A stretch of DNA of 64,000 nt from a virus. Both the position numbers and the translations under genes were made by a program. The DNA is taken from the IMG/VR virus record IMGVR_UViG_3300033148_006239, positions 1 through 64,000 of that record; one strand, written 5' to 3'. Below are positions 35,317-45,592 of this stretch, piece by piece (within the stretch, counting starts at the first letter, position 1; every line of letters starts with the position of its first letter). The notes beneath the pieces are model-generated. The model did no database searches. It saw only the letters and a list, made by a program, of their open reading frames with translations, and was not told the DNA's origin.

Positions 35317-38300
35317 TTATTTTTTTATTAGTCTTGTTTTATAATTATTATCTAATAAAAGAGAATAATTACCATTATATTCATTAACATTAACTCTTGA
35401 AATATAGAATCCATTTTTCTTGAAAATATCATCAAGTGCAGACCATAACGAAGAAAAAATTGTTAAATCATATTGATTACCATTAAACAATTCAATCTTT
35501 ACAAAAGCCATTTGATTTCCACGTTTATCATTTGTTTTTCTAATTTCAATAACTCTATATAAAACAATATATTTATCATCAGTTTCTTCTAATATTATTT
35601 CATCTGTTAAGTCATACTTTTTACTTATTTTATTATACTTATCTTCACCCAAAAACGCAATAAATGGATTACTAAAATTATAACCAAATAATCTACTTTC
35701 AGTCTCAATTAAATTATCTTGACCATAATGTTCAAAGATTTTTAATTTATGTCTTCTTTGCTCTGTTATAATTTTGTTATCAGGTAATCCCTCTTCGTTA
35801 TACTTATTAATATAATAATCAAAAACTTTTATATTTTCTTTTTGTTTTTTAGTTGCTTTACTTTTTCTCATTCCCCATAATAAATAAGCACCATATATCT
35901 CTTTATAAGTATAACCAAAAGAATCAAAAAGCCCTGCTTCGATCATTATTTCAATGATCTTAATAGTAACTCTTCTCCAACTAATTTTACTATCCATATT
36001 AAAAAAATCATTAATTGTATTATAAGGTCTATTTGTATTTAATTCAAAAGCAGCCTTATCACCTATACCTTTTACATTCTCAAAGCCAAATATAATTGAC
36101 TTATCAATAATAGAAAAATTAGAGTGAGATTTTGTTAGATCTGGTTTTGATATTGAAAACTTATTATTATATTTAAGAAACTCATTAATAATTGTTTTAA
36201 AGTCTTCAAATTTAGAATTAATTAAAACCGCACAATAAAATTCTAAAGTCTTATAACACTTTAACCATGCCGATTGAAAAGCTACCATAGCATAACTAAC
36301 AGAATGTGCTCTATTAAATCCATATAAAGAAAACTTTTGCATAAAGTCCCAAATTATTTTAGACTTCTTTTTATCAATATCATGTTCTTCAAAACCTTTA
36401 AAAACAACTTTCTTCATATTATCTAAGTTTTCAAAATGCTTACGATAATCATCAGGTTTTATTTGTTTCATCCTTGCCAAAGAACGTGCATCATATTTAC
36501 CTAATATTTTTCTTAATTTATCTGTTTCCTCAAGAGATAATCCACCTATTACATTGGCTATCTCCATAACTTGCTCTTGGTATATTAAAACACCAAATGT
36601 TTTTTCAAGAACAGGCTTTAATTTTTCATGTGGATATTCGATATCCTTAGGATTATTGTAATTATTTATAAAAGTATCAACAACACCACCATATATTGGG
36701 CCCGGTCTATATAAAGCATTTATTGCAGCAATATCTTCAAATTTATCAGGAAGCATTTGTTGAATTACTTTTCTAATTCCATGTCCTTCAAATTGAAATA
36801 CTGCAACCATAAAATCTTTCCAAAAGATTTTTTTATAAACTTTAATATCATTAATATCAACAATATCAGGATGTATTTTCAAATAATATTTTCTATAAAT
36901 CTTTTTATCACCATTTGAAATTAACTTTAAAACATCATCAATAATTCTTAAAGTCTTTAGTCCTAAAATATCGTATTTGACATGACCTATTGCCGTTAAT
37001 CCTCTTGCATATCCTCCCTCTTGAGGACTTAATTGTAATTGCATTAAATCACCACGGGGTGCGTATGTTGCACAAGTTTCATATATATTTGGATAAACAA
37101 TAATTCCAGACGCATGCTTACCTATATGTTTAATTTTACCTGTTAGCTTCTTCATTGTTATTGCTAATTCTTCATTTTCAGGTTTTTCAATAAACTCTCT
37201 AAACGAATCGCAACATTCAATCGCATCAGCAAAATAAATATTATGTTTATCATCTCTAGTATTTTCTTCTTTTTTAATCCAAACATCAAAAGCAGTTTTA
37301 ACATCTTTAGCAATACTATTTACAAGTCCAATATCTATATTATATATTCTACAAACATCTCTAAAAACACCTTTAAATTGAAATGTTCCATAATTAGATA
37401 CTAAAGCGACTGATGTATTTACAATTTCACCATCTTCATTTTTCTTATTAAAATATTCAAACATAAAATCTTTAACAAAATTATTATCACTGAAATCAAT
37501 ATCAATATCAGGTAATTCATTTCTACCAGGATTTAAAAATCTTTCAAAATATAACCCAAATCTTATTGGATCTATTTGAGTTATTCCCAAGCAATACGAA
37601 ACTAGACACCCTGCCGCACTGCCCCTCCCAACTCCAACAAGTATTCCACGTTTCTTAACTTGCTTAACTAAATCAAAAACAGATAAAAAATAATCATATA
37701 TTTTTTTATCTTTTATGACAATTAATTCATATTCTAATTGTTTTTTATATCTTTCTTCATCATAATCTTTAATCGATTTAGATCTTTTTTCAAGTCCAAT
37801 AAATGATTGTTTCTTTAAAAAATTAAATCTTTCATCTTCATCTTTGTCTTCAAATCCAACAGGAACAATTAATTTATTTGTACAATCATATTCGATATCT
37901 TTAATCTTTTCAAATATTTCAACTGTATTATCACATAATTCATTTAAAACATTATCACTATTATCAGAACCATATTGCTCACTTGAATTAAATACTTCAG
38001 ATCTTGATTTTATATAAAGTTGTTTAGCATCAAATTCCCATAATAATTCAGATGATTTTTTATCTTTATCTGATATATCACCAGTTGTTTTCTTAATACC
38101 TGATTGTAAATACAAAAGATTTCTGTGTGTTATATAATCTTCTTTATCAACATAATGTGAATCAACTGTAATAATTGGTTTTATATCAAATTTTTTAGCA
38201 AACTTTAATAATCTTTTATTAGATTTATTTTGATCAGCTATTTCATTAAATTGAAGTTCTATATAGAAATCATCACCGAATAACTTTTTATAACGTTTAA

Positions 38301-38775
38301 CAAATTTAATTGCATCTTCTTTATTATTGTTCAAACAATGTTGTTGTAATTCACCCGCAATACAAGCAGTTGAAACAATTACATTTCCTACAAGTTCATC
38401 TCTAAATGATTTTATTAATTCCCAATCTATTCTTGGTCTTGAATAAAAATACTTATGTGATTCATAAAGTAATTTAAACAACATTCTTAATCCATCGTAA
38501 TTCTTAGCAAGCATCAATAAATGATTTCTCTTTTCATTTTTAATTCTTGTGTTCTTGTCTTTAGTAACATAAAACTCAATACCATAAATAGGTCTTATAT
38601 CTTTATCTTTACAAAAAGAATGCATTTCAGACCATGCACACATATTACCGTGATCAGTTATAGCTATTCCTTTTTGTTTCAAATCGATAGCTTTTTGTAT
38701 TATTTGATCAGGGCTATTTAATCCATCTCTAAATGAAAAATGCGAATGTGTATGCAAATGAATAAAATCTTTCAT
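35317..38775 (-). CDS. dnaE: DNA polymerase III alpha subunit (family C)
   Basis: PHP HLHTHSHFS/TDHG, GRGSAAG, PDIDIDF, KYDILGL, YGFNRAHS. Confidence 0.97.
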   Translation of the reverse strand: MKDFIHLHTHSHFSFRDGLNSPDQIIQKAIDLKQKGIAITDHGNMCAWSEMHSFCKDKDIRPIYGIEFYVTKDKNTRIKNEKRNHLLMLAKNYDGLRMLFKLLYESHKYFYSRPRIDWELIKSFRDELVGNVIVSTACIAGELQQHCLNNNKEDAIKFVKRYKKLFGDDFYIELQFNEIADQNKSNKRLLKFAKKFDIKPIITVDSHYVDKEDYITHRNLLYLQSGIKKTTGDISDKDKKSSELLWEFDAKQLYIKSRSEVFNSSEQYGSDNSDNVLNELCDNTVEIFEKIKDIEYDCTNKLIVPVGFEDKDEDERFNFLKKQSFIGLEKRSKSIKDYDEERYKKQLEYELIVIKDKKIYDYFLSVFDLVKQVKKRGILVGVGRGSAAGCLVSYCLGITQIDPIRFGLYFERFLNPGRNELPDIDIDFSDNNFVKDFMFEYFNKKNEDGEIVNTSVALVSNYGTFQFKGVFRDVCRIYNIDIGLVNSIAKDVKTAFDVWIKKEENTRDDKHNIYFADAIECCDSFREFIEKPENEELAITMKKLTGKIKHIGKHASGIIVYPNIYETCATYAPRGDLMQLQLSPQEGGYARGLTAIGHVKYDILGLKTLRIIDDVLKLISNGDKKIYRKYYLKIHPDIVDINDIKVYKKIFWKDFMVAVFQFEGHGIRKVIQQMLPDKFEDIAAINALYRPGPIYGGVVDTFINNYNNPKDIEYPHEKLKPVLEKTFGVLIYQEQVMEIANVIGGLSLEETDKLRKILGKYDARSLARMKQIKPDDYRKHFENLDNMKKVVFKGFEEHDIDKKKSKIIWDFMQKFSLYGFNRAHSVSYAMVAFQSAWLKCYKTLEFYCAVLINSKFEDFKTIINEFLKYNNKFSISKPDLTKSHSNFSIIDKSIIFGFENVKGIGDKAAFELNTNRPYNTINDFFNMDSKISWRRVTIKIIEIMIEAGLFDSFGYTYKEIYGAYLLWGMRKSKATKKQKENIKVFDYYINKYNEEGLPDNKIITEQRRHKLKIFEHYGQDNLIETESRLFGYNFSNPFIAFLGEDKYNKISKKYDLTDEIILEETDDKYIVLYRVIEIRKTNDKRGNQMAFVKIELFNGNQYDLTIFSSLWSALDDIFKKNGFYISRVNVNEYNGNYSLLLDNNYKTRLIKK

Positions 38776-38776
38776 A

Positions 38777-39001
38777 TTAATTTAAATCTCTTGTTATAAC
38801 GTCTGCTTTAAACTCGTTTTGACTAATTGTATAATGAATATCAATTACAACACAATTCTTTAATCTATGCTCTTTGATAAATTTTTCATTTAAAAAATAA
38901 TCAAGAGATTTATTTAATTCCCAATTATAATTGGCATGAATTGTAACAATAAATTGTTTCTCTAGTTGATTATCTTTTATTCTAAATAAATTAGTTTTCA
39001 T
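38777..39001 (-). CDS. Hypothetical protein
   Basis: Start moved to avoid overlap. Confidence 0.55.
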   Translation of the reverse strand: MKTNLFRIKDNQLEKQFIVTIHANYNWELNKSLDYFLNEKFIKEHRLKNCVVIDIHYTISQNEFKADVITRDLN

Positions 39002-39002
39002 A

Positions 39003-39794
39003 TTAATTTCTTTCCCAGACACTAGGTCTATTATTCCAAAATCCTGTTTTAATAGGACTATATCCATAATCTTTCAATATAAAACTAAATAACTTTGATA
39101 AAGATCTCCTTGAATATAATTTTCCTTCATATATTGTTTCATTAAAATGTCCTGTTTGTACAATATTAAATCCATTTGCAACTACAAATATTCTTGGATT
39201 ACATTGTACTATAATAGACTCTAAATGATCGATTGTATTTTCTATATGTTCAAAATATTCACTACAAAAAGCAATGTCACATTCAGATAATTTACTATAA
39301 TTATGTTCTATTTTTATATTGTCATTTTTTCTTGCAACAAATCTAGCTATTTTATATTGCTTTGATTGTTTTAAATTTGTACCAATAATATTTGCCTCTG
39401 AATAAGCTTCAGACAATGCACATGTTGTAAATCCTATACCACATCCAAAGTCTATAACTGTTTCTATATCCTCATAATTTAATGTTGCTAATCTTTTAAC
39501 ATAATTTTTAGAATCAAAAAGCCATCCATATAAAGCTATTGCTAAATAATATGATCCATCATATACTGAATAATCAGGTATTGCTAATTTCAAAGATCGA
39601 TACCAACGATTTATATATTTAAATCTTGACTCAAATGGATCAAAATTATTTCCTTCTTTAATTTCATCTATTGCAAGTTCTTCATTTTTATTAATTTCCT
39701 CTTCTGTAATATCATTAAATAATCCCATTATAATTTTTTTAAAATATTTTTTTGTAATTTTTTGATTTGAATTTAAAAAATTAATATCGTGCAT
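39003..39794 (-). CDS. Class I SAM-dependent methyltransferase
   Basis: VIDFGCGIG motif I; CSEYFEHI; no DPPY/PCQ DNA-MTase motif seen. Confidence 0.8.
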   Translation of the reverse strand: MHDINFLNSNQKITKKYFKKIIMGLFNDITEEEINKNEELAIDEIKEGNNFDPFESRFKYINRWYRSLKLAIPDYSVYDGSYYLAIALYGWLFDSKNYVKRLATLNYEDIETVIDFGCGIGFTTCALSEAYSEANIIGTNLKQSKQYKIARFVARKNDNIKIEHNYSKLSECDIAFCSEYFEHIENTIDHLESIIVQCNPRIFVVANGFNIVQTGHFNETIYEGKLYSRRSLSKLFSFILKDYGYSPIKTGFWNNRPSVWERN

Positions 39795-40784
39795 TTATTC
39801 ATCCATAAATAATGATTTTTCATAATCTGATAATCTATTAAAACTATCTCTATCTGAACTAAAATTGATCCAATCATTTGGGTCATTTATTGGTAATCCT
39901 AATTGATCTTCTAAAGTCTTTTTATCAGTACAGCTTTGATTAAAAGTTGAATAATCTGTACCTGAAGAATGTCTACCGCATGATGAAAATAAACATCCAA
40001 AAGCATTACTTAAATGATCATCTTTTGAATAAGTACATTTTTTTGATCTATCACATCCAGGTCTTAACGTATCTGCAATCAAACTTAATCCTAACTTTTC
40101 GATTTTATATCTAATCAACCAATGTAATCCAACAATAAATTCTTCTTCACAAAATTGCATTCTTCTATTACACTGACCCATCAATGCTAATAAATTTTGT
40201 GTAAAATGATAAGGATGATGATAACTCATAGGTAATACAGATCTAGCTGCTTGCCATGTACCTTGATCTTCTTTAACTATCATTTCATAAATATCTTTCA
40301 TTTGTTTAAAATGTTCGATAATAATATCTCTTAATTGTGCATCTTCTTCAAATAATTCTTTATAATATGTATATAAAATAATTGATGCATCTAATTTATT
40401 ATTGTCTCTACAACCGCTTGACCCAAACCCAGTTCCTATTCTTGCTCTTGCGTGTTGATCAAAACAATGTCGTGGTAAACCTGTAACTTTAAAAGTAAAC
40501 GTAACTGATTCTAAAGCTGTTGGTAATGTATTACCAGTCAAAGCAGATAATACAACAAAATATCTATTCAATGGATCTAATTCATTCCATTTATTAATAT
40601 AATCATCATTACCCCATGTTGCAGTAGCTATTGCAAAAATTGATTTATATGGATTTTCATTATAATCAATTATTTCAACATCAAGTTTTTCACACCCAAA
40701 ATATATATATGTCTCTTTTACAGGTCTTTCAGATGGCAATGTTCCCATTGCTTCTCTTAATTCATTAATTCTTTCATTTGTCAT
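39795..40784 (-). CDS. Divergent ThyX-like flavin-dependent enzyme
   Basis: LESVTFTFKVTGLPRHCFDQHARARIG...SSGCR, QAARSVLP, RRMQ; RHR replaced by RAR. Confidence 0.7.
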   Translation of the reverse strand: MTNERINELREAMGTLPSERPVKETYIYFGCEKLDVEIIDYNENPYKSIFAIATATWGNDDYINKWNELDPLNRYFVVLSALTGNTLPTALESVTFTFKVTGLPRHCFDQHARARIGTGFGSSGCRDNNKLDASIILYTYYKELFEEDAQLRDIIIEHFKQMKDIYEMIVKEDQGTWQAARSVLPMSYHHPYHFTQNLLALMGQCNRRMQFCEEEFIVGLHWLIRYKIEKLGLSLIADTLRPGCDRSKKCTYSKDDHLSNAFGCLFSSCGRHSSGTDYSTFNQSCTDKKTLEDQLGLPINDPNDWINFSSDRDSFNRLSDYEKSLFMDE

Positions 40785-40786
40785 AT

Positions 40787-41761
40787 TTACTCCTTCATAC
40801 TTTCCCAAATTTTATCTATTATATCTGCATAATTTTGATATTCTATAGAGTATTCATCATAAATTCCTTCAAACATTTCTTCTAGATAATCCATATCACA
40901 TATATGATCACCTAAATAATCTCCAGTATCATGTATATTAATACTATTATTCCAACCGTATGTACATTTTATATAATCAACTATATCTTCAAATTTAACA
41001 GGCACACCTTTGGCTAAATTAATACTTTTATGAATATACTTTTTTGTTATTAACAAATTTTTAGTATATTCATATTCAGTAAATGCATATATATCTAATA
41101 TAATTGACAATAACTTTGAAAAATCATCGATATAAAAATAATCTTTATATTTATTATATTCTAAATAGATATCAAGTTTCTCTTTTTTATGAAAACGAAT
41201 ATGTCTTAGTATTAAATTTATCATACTTGAATTATCGTAAGGATAATCACCACATACAAAAACAGGTCTAACATTAAACCAATCAATATCTTTATTTATA
41301 AATAAAATATCTTCAGCTGCTTTTTTAGTTATACCATATAACGAAGGATGATTTTCAAATGGTTTAGCGTTATTGCAAAATCCACCAATAGAAGTATCAA
41401 ATTCAAATGGATCAAATATAGTTGTGCTACTAAAATTGATTAAAGGTAAATCGAACTCTCTACATATTTTAATAATATTCTGTGTCCCTAAAACGTTTGT
41501 TAAAATAGTTTCTTCTTCATTGTTTATACATCTATGTGTTCCTACAACTGCGGCTATATGTATAATAGCATCAGGTTTCCAATCATTAATTGCATTTCTC
41601 ATTTGAGTATAATCTTTAACATTAAAATGAAATCTTTCTGTATCTAATCCGTCATTATAAGTTGGATAAATATCTGGCATAATATCATATTTATGACTTA
41701 ATTGTTTATCTAAGCCACGTGCAATCATTCCATTATGACCTGTTAAAAATAATTTATACAT
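40787..41761 (-). CDS. NAD-dependent NDP-sugar epimerase/dehydratase (extended SDR)
   Basis: TGHNGMIA, IIHIAA, TNVLGT, FSST, YGITK. Confidence 0.9.
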   Translation of the reverse strand: MYKLFLTGHNGMIARGLDKQLSHKYDIMPDIYPTYNDGLDTERFHFNVKDYTQMRNAINDWKPDAIIHIAAVVGTHRCINNEEETILTNVLGTQNIIKICREFDLPLINFSSTTIFDPFEFDTSIGGFCNNAKPFENHPSLYGITKKAAEDILFINKDIDWFNVRPVFVCGDYPYDNSSMINLILRHIRFHKKEKLDIYLEYNKYKDYFYIDDFSKLLSIILDIYAFTEYEYTKNLLITKKYIHKSINLAKGVPVKFEDIVDYIKCTYGWNNSINIHDTGDYLGDHICDMDYLEEMFEGIYDEYSIEYQNYADIIDKIWESMKE

Positions 41762-41771
41762 TTATTTTACC

Positions 41772-42278
41772 TCAATCATCGTCGGGATATGCACCTCTAG
41801 AATACCAAGAATCATCATCAAGATCATTATTGATAACATCATTCATATCATCGCAAATCTCCATAAAATTTTGTAATTTATTAACACAAGCGTCAATATT
41901 ATTTGCCGATGTATTTATTTCAATAAAATTCGCCTTTAGTTTATTGACAATATCAATGAAAATTGTTTGTTGATAAAATAGACTGCGTCTTGAAATAGTA
42001 TGACACTTCATTTCATCAGTAGATTCAATTCTCTCAAGAAAATCATTCGCATTTACTATACATAAAACTATTACAGAATGTTTACAAATATCTTTACTTA
42101 TTTTATATAAAATATCATTATCATGTTCTCTTTTATAAACTTTATTATATACTAATTGTGAAAGAATACTTCTGTCGTGACAAACATATTGATAATTATT
42201 TTGTAATTCAAAATTACGTCTCAATGTTGATTTACCTGACTTATCAATACCTTCAAAGAATATTAATTTACTCATCAA
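41772..42278 (-). CDS. Thymidylate-kinase-family dNMP kinase
   Basis: FEGIDKSGKST, HDRSILSQLVY. Confidence 0.85.
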   Translation of the reverse strand: MMSKLIFFEGIDKSGKSTLRRNFELQNNYQYVCHDRSILSQLVYNKVYKREHDNDILYKISKDICKHSVIVLCIVNANDFLERIESTDEMKCHTISRRSLFYQQTIFIDIVNKLKANFIEINTSANNIDACVNKLQNFMEICDDMNDVINNDLDDDSWYSRGAYPDDD

Positions 42279-42486
42279 TACCTGCTTTTGTTACTGTAAA
42301 ATCTAATTTAATTTTTTCAATTATTTTTTTTGGTTTAATATAAATATCAACATAATTATCATTATAATTATCGTTATCGTTTAAATCAAATTCAAAATCA
42401 TCAATAATATCTTCATCTTTTAAGTCTTGCAAAAGCAATAATATTTTAATTTGAAATATAAAAAAATCAATATTAAATTTACTCAT
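42268..42486 (-). CDS. 72-aa protein resembling a tail-sheath C-terminal segment
   Basis: IIDDFEF...YVDIYIKPKKIIEKIKLDFTVTK. Confidence 0.5.
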   Translation of the reverse strand: MSKFNIDFFIFQIKILLLLQDLKDEDIIDDFEFDLNDNDNYNDNYVDIYIKPKKIIEKIKLDFTVTKAGIDE

Positions 42487-43057
42487 TAGTGTATGCCTTA
42501 TAAAGAGTATCTAATATATGTTTATAATCATCTACACTCATTCCACCATAAGATAAAACATAATTAGGATGATTTATTGGAAAAACAATTGCTTCTCTAT
42601 CATTATATTCAAATATAGATTCTTTATATAATTCTGCATCAAAAAATTTAGCAACTTGTTTACCTAAAGGAACGATTACTTTTGGTTTTAAAATCTGTAT
42701 TTCTTTTAATAGAAATCTATTACCACATTTATTAATTAATCTTTCATCAATCTTATTATTTTTTGTACTGCATTTAACAATATTTGTTATTGTACATTCA
42801 TTTAAATAATTGATCATTCTTAAAAATTCTAATCCAAAACCTCCATCAAAAGCAAACGTACCATATATCCCTCTAACATTTGATGGATTCATACCAACAA
42901 ATAAGAAATTATTTCCTATATGTAATCCTTTTAATTTACCAAACCCATATCTTATATCTTCTGTATTAAATTCTTCATCGCATAAATTTTTACATCGTTT
43001 ACATGTGCATAATCCGTAATAAAGTTTGTGAATCTTACTTTTCATATTTACTTTCAT
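42479..43057 (-). CDS. Uracil-DNA glycosylase superfamily protein (family 4-like)
   Basis: CKRCKNLC, FVGMNPS, TNIVKC, IVPLG, NHPNY. Confidence 0.85.
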   Translation of the reverse strand: MKVNMKSKIHKLYYGLCTCKRCKNLCDEEFNTEDIRYGFGKLKGLHIGNNFLFVGMNPSNVRGIYGTFAFDGGFGLEFLRMINYLNECTITNIVKCSTKNNKIDERLINKCGNRFLLKEIQILKPKVIVPLGKQVAKFFDAELYKESIFEYNDREAIVFPINHPNYVLSYGGMSVDDYKHILDTLYKAYTNE

Positions 43058-44031
43058 AAATTACTCATTATAGTATCAAAAGTAAAAAATGGAATAATAG
43101 TATCAATCTTTTTAATTCTTTCAATATACATATTGTTATAAGGTGTTATTTTCAAATAAACATCTACAGGCATTGATTTTGCAATCTTAATTGCATTATC
43201 TGCATCGTCTTCGACAACAAAAGATACATTTTTTAAATCTTTAATTATTCTATGCTCTTTCTTTTCATCCCAAAAAATCATATCAATAGGTAAATTATTA
43301 CTTGTTATCCATTTTAAAGTATCAGAATAGATTCTACTATATTTATGATATGGTCGTGCAGTTATTAATACAGTTATATAATCTTTTTTATATAAATATT
43401 GTAAAAATTCCTTTGCTCCAGGAACAAAATCCATTTCGGCTTTAACACCTGATTGTCTATATCTATCTTTTAATATTAATTGTACTTCTAAATCAAGATT
43501 TAAAAAATCATTAAAATCAATTATTTTTTCATTAATAGAAACATTATCTAACATACCATAATTAGACATAATATTCGAATATTCATTAATCCATTTAATA
43601 AAAAAATCAGGCCAATCAGCAATAACTCCATCAATGTCAATAACTGCAATCTTTTTATTTGAATCGATATTGTTTATAAATTTTTCTTGATTATACCTTG
43701 CTTCAACAACAGTTGTTTTATTTAAAAAATTCTTATAAAAATCTTCATCATTAATTCCCCACAAATTACACAACCCAACAAGAAACTTAAATATATCAAT
43801 CAATTCTTCAGAAATATTTGATCTAATTATATCGCCATCAAATTTTCTATGCATTTTAAATGGCATTTCATGTAATAATTCACCTATTTCAGAATAAAGA
43901 TGTAAACAAAATTCCTTAGACCAAAAAACTAACTCTTCTTCAGTTAAATTATTTATATCAAATCCTTTATCTTTAAAAACTTGATTATTAAAGTCAAGTT
44001 GTTTTTCCCAAATTTCTTTTAATTTATTCAT
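43054..44031 (-). CDS. Fusion of all-alpha dUTPase/dCTPase-like domain and HAD 5'-nucleotidase
   Basis: SEIGELL...EELIDIFKF; DIDGVIAD, ITARP, VEDD. Confidence 0.8.
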   Translation of the reverse strand: MNKLKEIWEKQLDFNNQVFKDKGFDINNLTEEELVFWSKEFCLHLYSEIGELLHEMPFKMHRKFDGDIIRSNISEELIDIFKFLVGLCNLWGINDEDFYKNFLNKTTVVEARYNQEKFINNIDSNKKIAVIDIDGVIADWPDFFIKWINEYSNIMSNYGMLDNVSINEKIIDFNDFLNLDLEVQLILKDRYRQSGVKAEMDFVPGAKEFLQYLYKKDYITVLITARPYHKYSRIYSDTLKWITSNNLPIDMIFWDEKKEHRIIKDLKNVSFVVEDDADNAIKIAKSMPVDVYLKITPYNNMYIERIKKIDTIIPFFTFDTIMSNL

Positions 44032-44989
44032 TTCCCCACCCATAAGCCATAACGTGATCAACAAAATCTTTTAACTTATCACACAATGTGTGAAACTGTA
44101 TAGAATGATCCCATGACGCATATCTACCAAAACATTTTATATCACCAATATGATCTAAACAATGATTCTCTAAAAAATAGCCATACTTTAACGTACCATA
44201 TTGTAATATACCACTAGACATAAAAATCTTTTTAAGTATACAGACATTATCTCGATCAATTGATTCATACGTAATTGTTTTATCTTTATTATCTGTAACT
44301 CTTATAAAAGGAATATCTTTATCAGCATAATATATATAATCATAATCGTTAAACATCAAACCATTTATTTTAACAAAATATTTGCTTTTATATTCATATT
44401 TAAAATAAGGATTTACATCAAATAATTTACAAAAATCAGGAGCAGGAATTGTATTAATAATATATTCATGACTAGTTCTAATTGAATAATTATTATCTAA
44501 ATGAATTGCAACGTGATTGTTATCATAATAGTCAACACGTTCAATTAAACTGTTATAATATGTAGTACCTTGAGACCACAAAAATCTACAAATTGTTTCA
44601 ATAAATTCTTTCTGTGAAAAATCAAAATATTCAAAATTATTACCTCCCGACGCGGTACTATCATAGTGTTTTCCATCTCGTGTAATTCTTGAATACTCTA
44701 ATAAAAATTCTTTTGTTGCATAATCTTTAATTTCATCATTGTAACAGAAACCAATGTTTGTCTTTTTAACATTTTGCTTGATATTAAATTGTCTTAAAAT
44801 CTTTTCTACTTCATCAGAAACATGTAAATATCTCGGACCAAAAGCGTTCTCATATTGACCATATAATTTTCCAATTATAGTTACATTACAATTGAGATAT
44901 TGTTTTAAATAATAAGCCGTTAATAGTGCTGCAGGACCAGCACCAATAATAATTATATCATTCATAATTAATTTCTTATCAATGGGCAT
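44024..44989 (-). CDS. FAD-dependent oxidoreductase (UDP-galactopyranose-mutase/HemY-like fold)
   Basis: IIIGAGPAAL, GPRYLH, INTIP, RVT, FGRYASW. Confidence 0.7.
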   Translation of the reverse strand: MPIDKKLIMNDIIIIGAGPAALLTAYYLKQYLNCNVTIIGKLYGQYENAFGPRYLHVSDEVEKILRQFNIKQNVKKTNIGFCYNDEIKDYATKEFLLEYSRITRDGKHYDSTASGGNNFEYFDFSQKEFIETICRFLWSQGTTYYNSLIERVDYYDNNHVAIHLDNNYSIRTSHEYIINTIPAPDFCKLFDVNPYFKYEYKSKYFVKINGLMFNDYDYIYYADKDIPFIRVTDNKDKTITYESIDRDNVCILKKIFMSSGILQYGTLKYGYFLENHCLDHIGDIKCFGRYASWDHSIQFHTLCDKLKDFVDHVMAYGWGNE

Positions 44990-45536
44990 AATTAATTTGC
45001 CTCATTACGTTATTAGTTTTTACAAATAAACAAGGTTGTACATCATCATAATCAATAAAATAATTTCTTATACATTTCCTAACGTTTTCAAATTCATTAG
45101 TAATTGATGAAATACATTTACTTTTAATATTTGCAATTTCAGTAGCGCTAAATCCCTTTAAATAAAGTTCAATAATTTCTTTTGCCTTTACTCTATCTAA
45201 ATTATTTAACATTCTTTCAAAATCAATTGTAACATCTGCATCAGGTTCATCATAAGCAATTTGATCTTGATAATTATCTAAATTGGCGTTCTTATATTTA
45301 TAATTTCTATAAGCGTTGTCCATAATTTTAAATGAACTAAAACTCAATGTTTGATTTATAAAACCAGATAAACTACCCTTTTCTTCATCAAAGTTATTGA
45401 TATACTTTAATAATAATATTGATAATTCCTGCTTCGCGTCGTCAAACTCAACTGGAGATTTATGTGAAACTTTATATGCATATTTACATATCAGTCTATC
45501 ATAATCTCTAAATACTTGGTTAATGTCAATAATCAT
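44979..45536 (-). CDS. Phage sigma-70-family factor (regions 2 and 4)
   Basis: DDAKQE..ILLL..INNFDEEKGSLSGFI; GFSATEIA HTH. Confidence 0.8.
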   Translation of the reverse strand: MIIDINQVFRDYDRLICKYAYKVSHKSPVEFDDAKQELSILLLKYINNFDEEKGSLSGFINQTLSFSSFKIMDNAYRNYKYKNANLDNYQDQIAYDEPDADVTIDFERMLNNLDRVKAKEIIELYLKGFSATEIANIKSKCISSITNEFENVRKCIRNYFIDYDDVQPCLFVKTNNVMRQINYAH

Positions 45537-45553
45537 ACAATCTCCTAATAAAA

Positions 45554-45592
45554 TAGTAATTAGATATTACTACTTTTTTTAAAGTTTGTAAA
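45554..45592 (-). promoter_or_regulatory. TTTACA-N17-TAATAT promoter of the sigma gene with overlapping palindrome
   Basis: -35 at 45587-45592, -10 at 45564-45569; TAGTAAT-N5-ATTACTA at 45554-45572. Confidence 0.6.

Noticed and set aside
39003-39794. DNA adenine/cytosine methyltransferase of an RM system
   Set aside because: No DPPY/NPPY or PCQ catalytic motif seen; looks like a small-molecule class I methyltransferase
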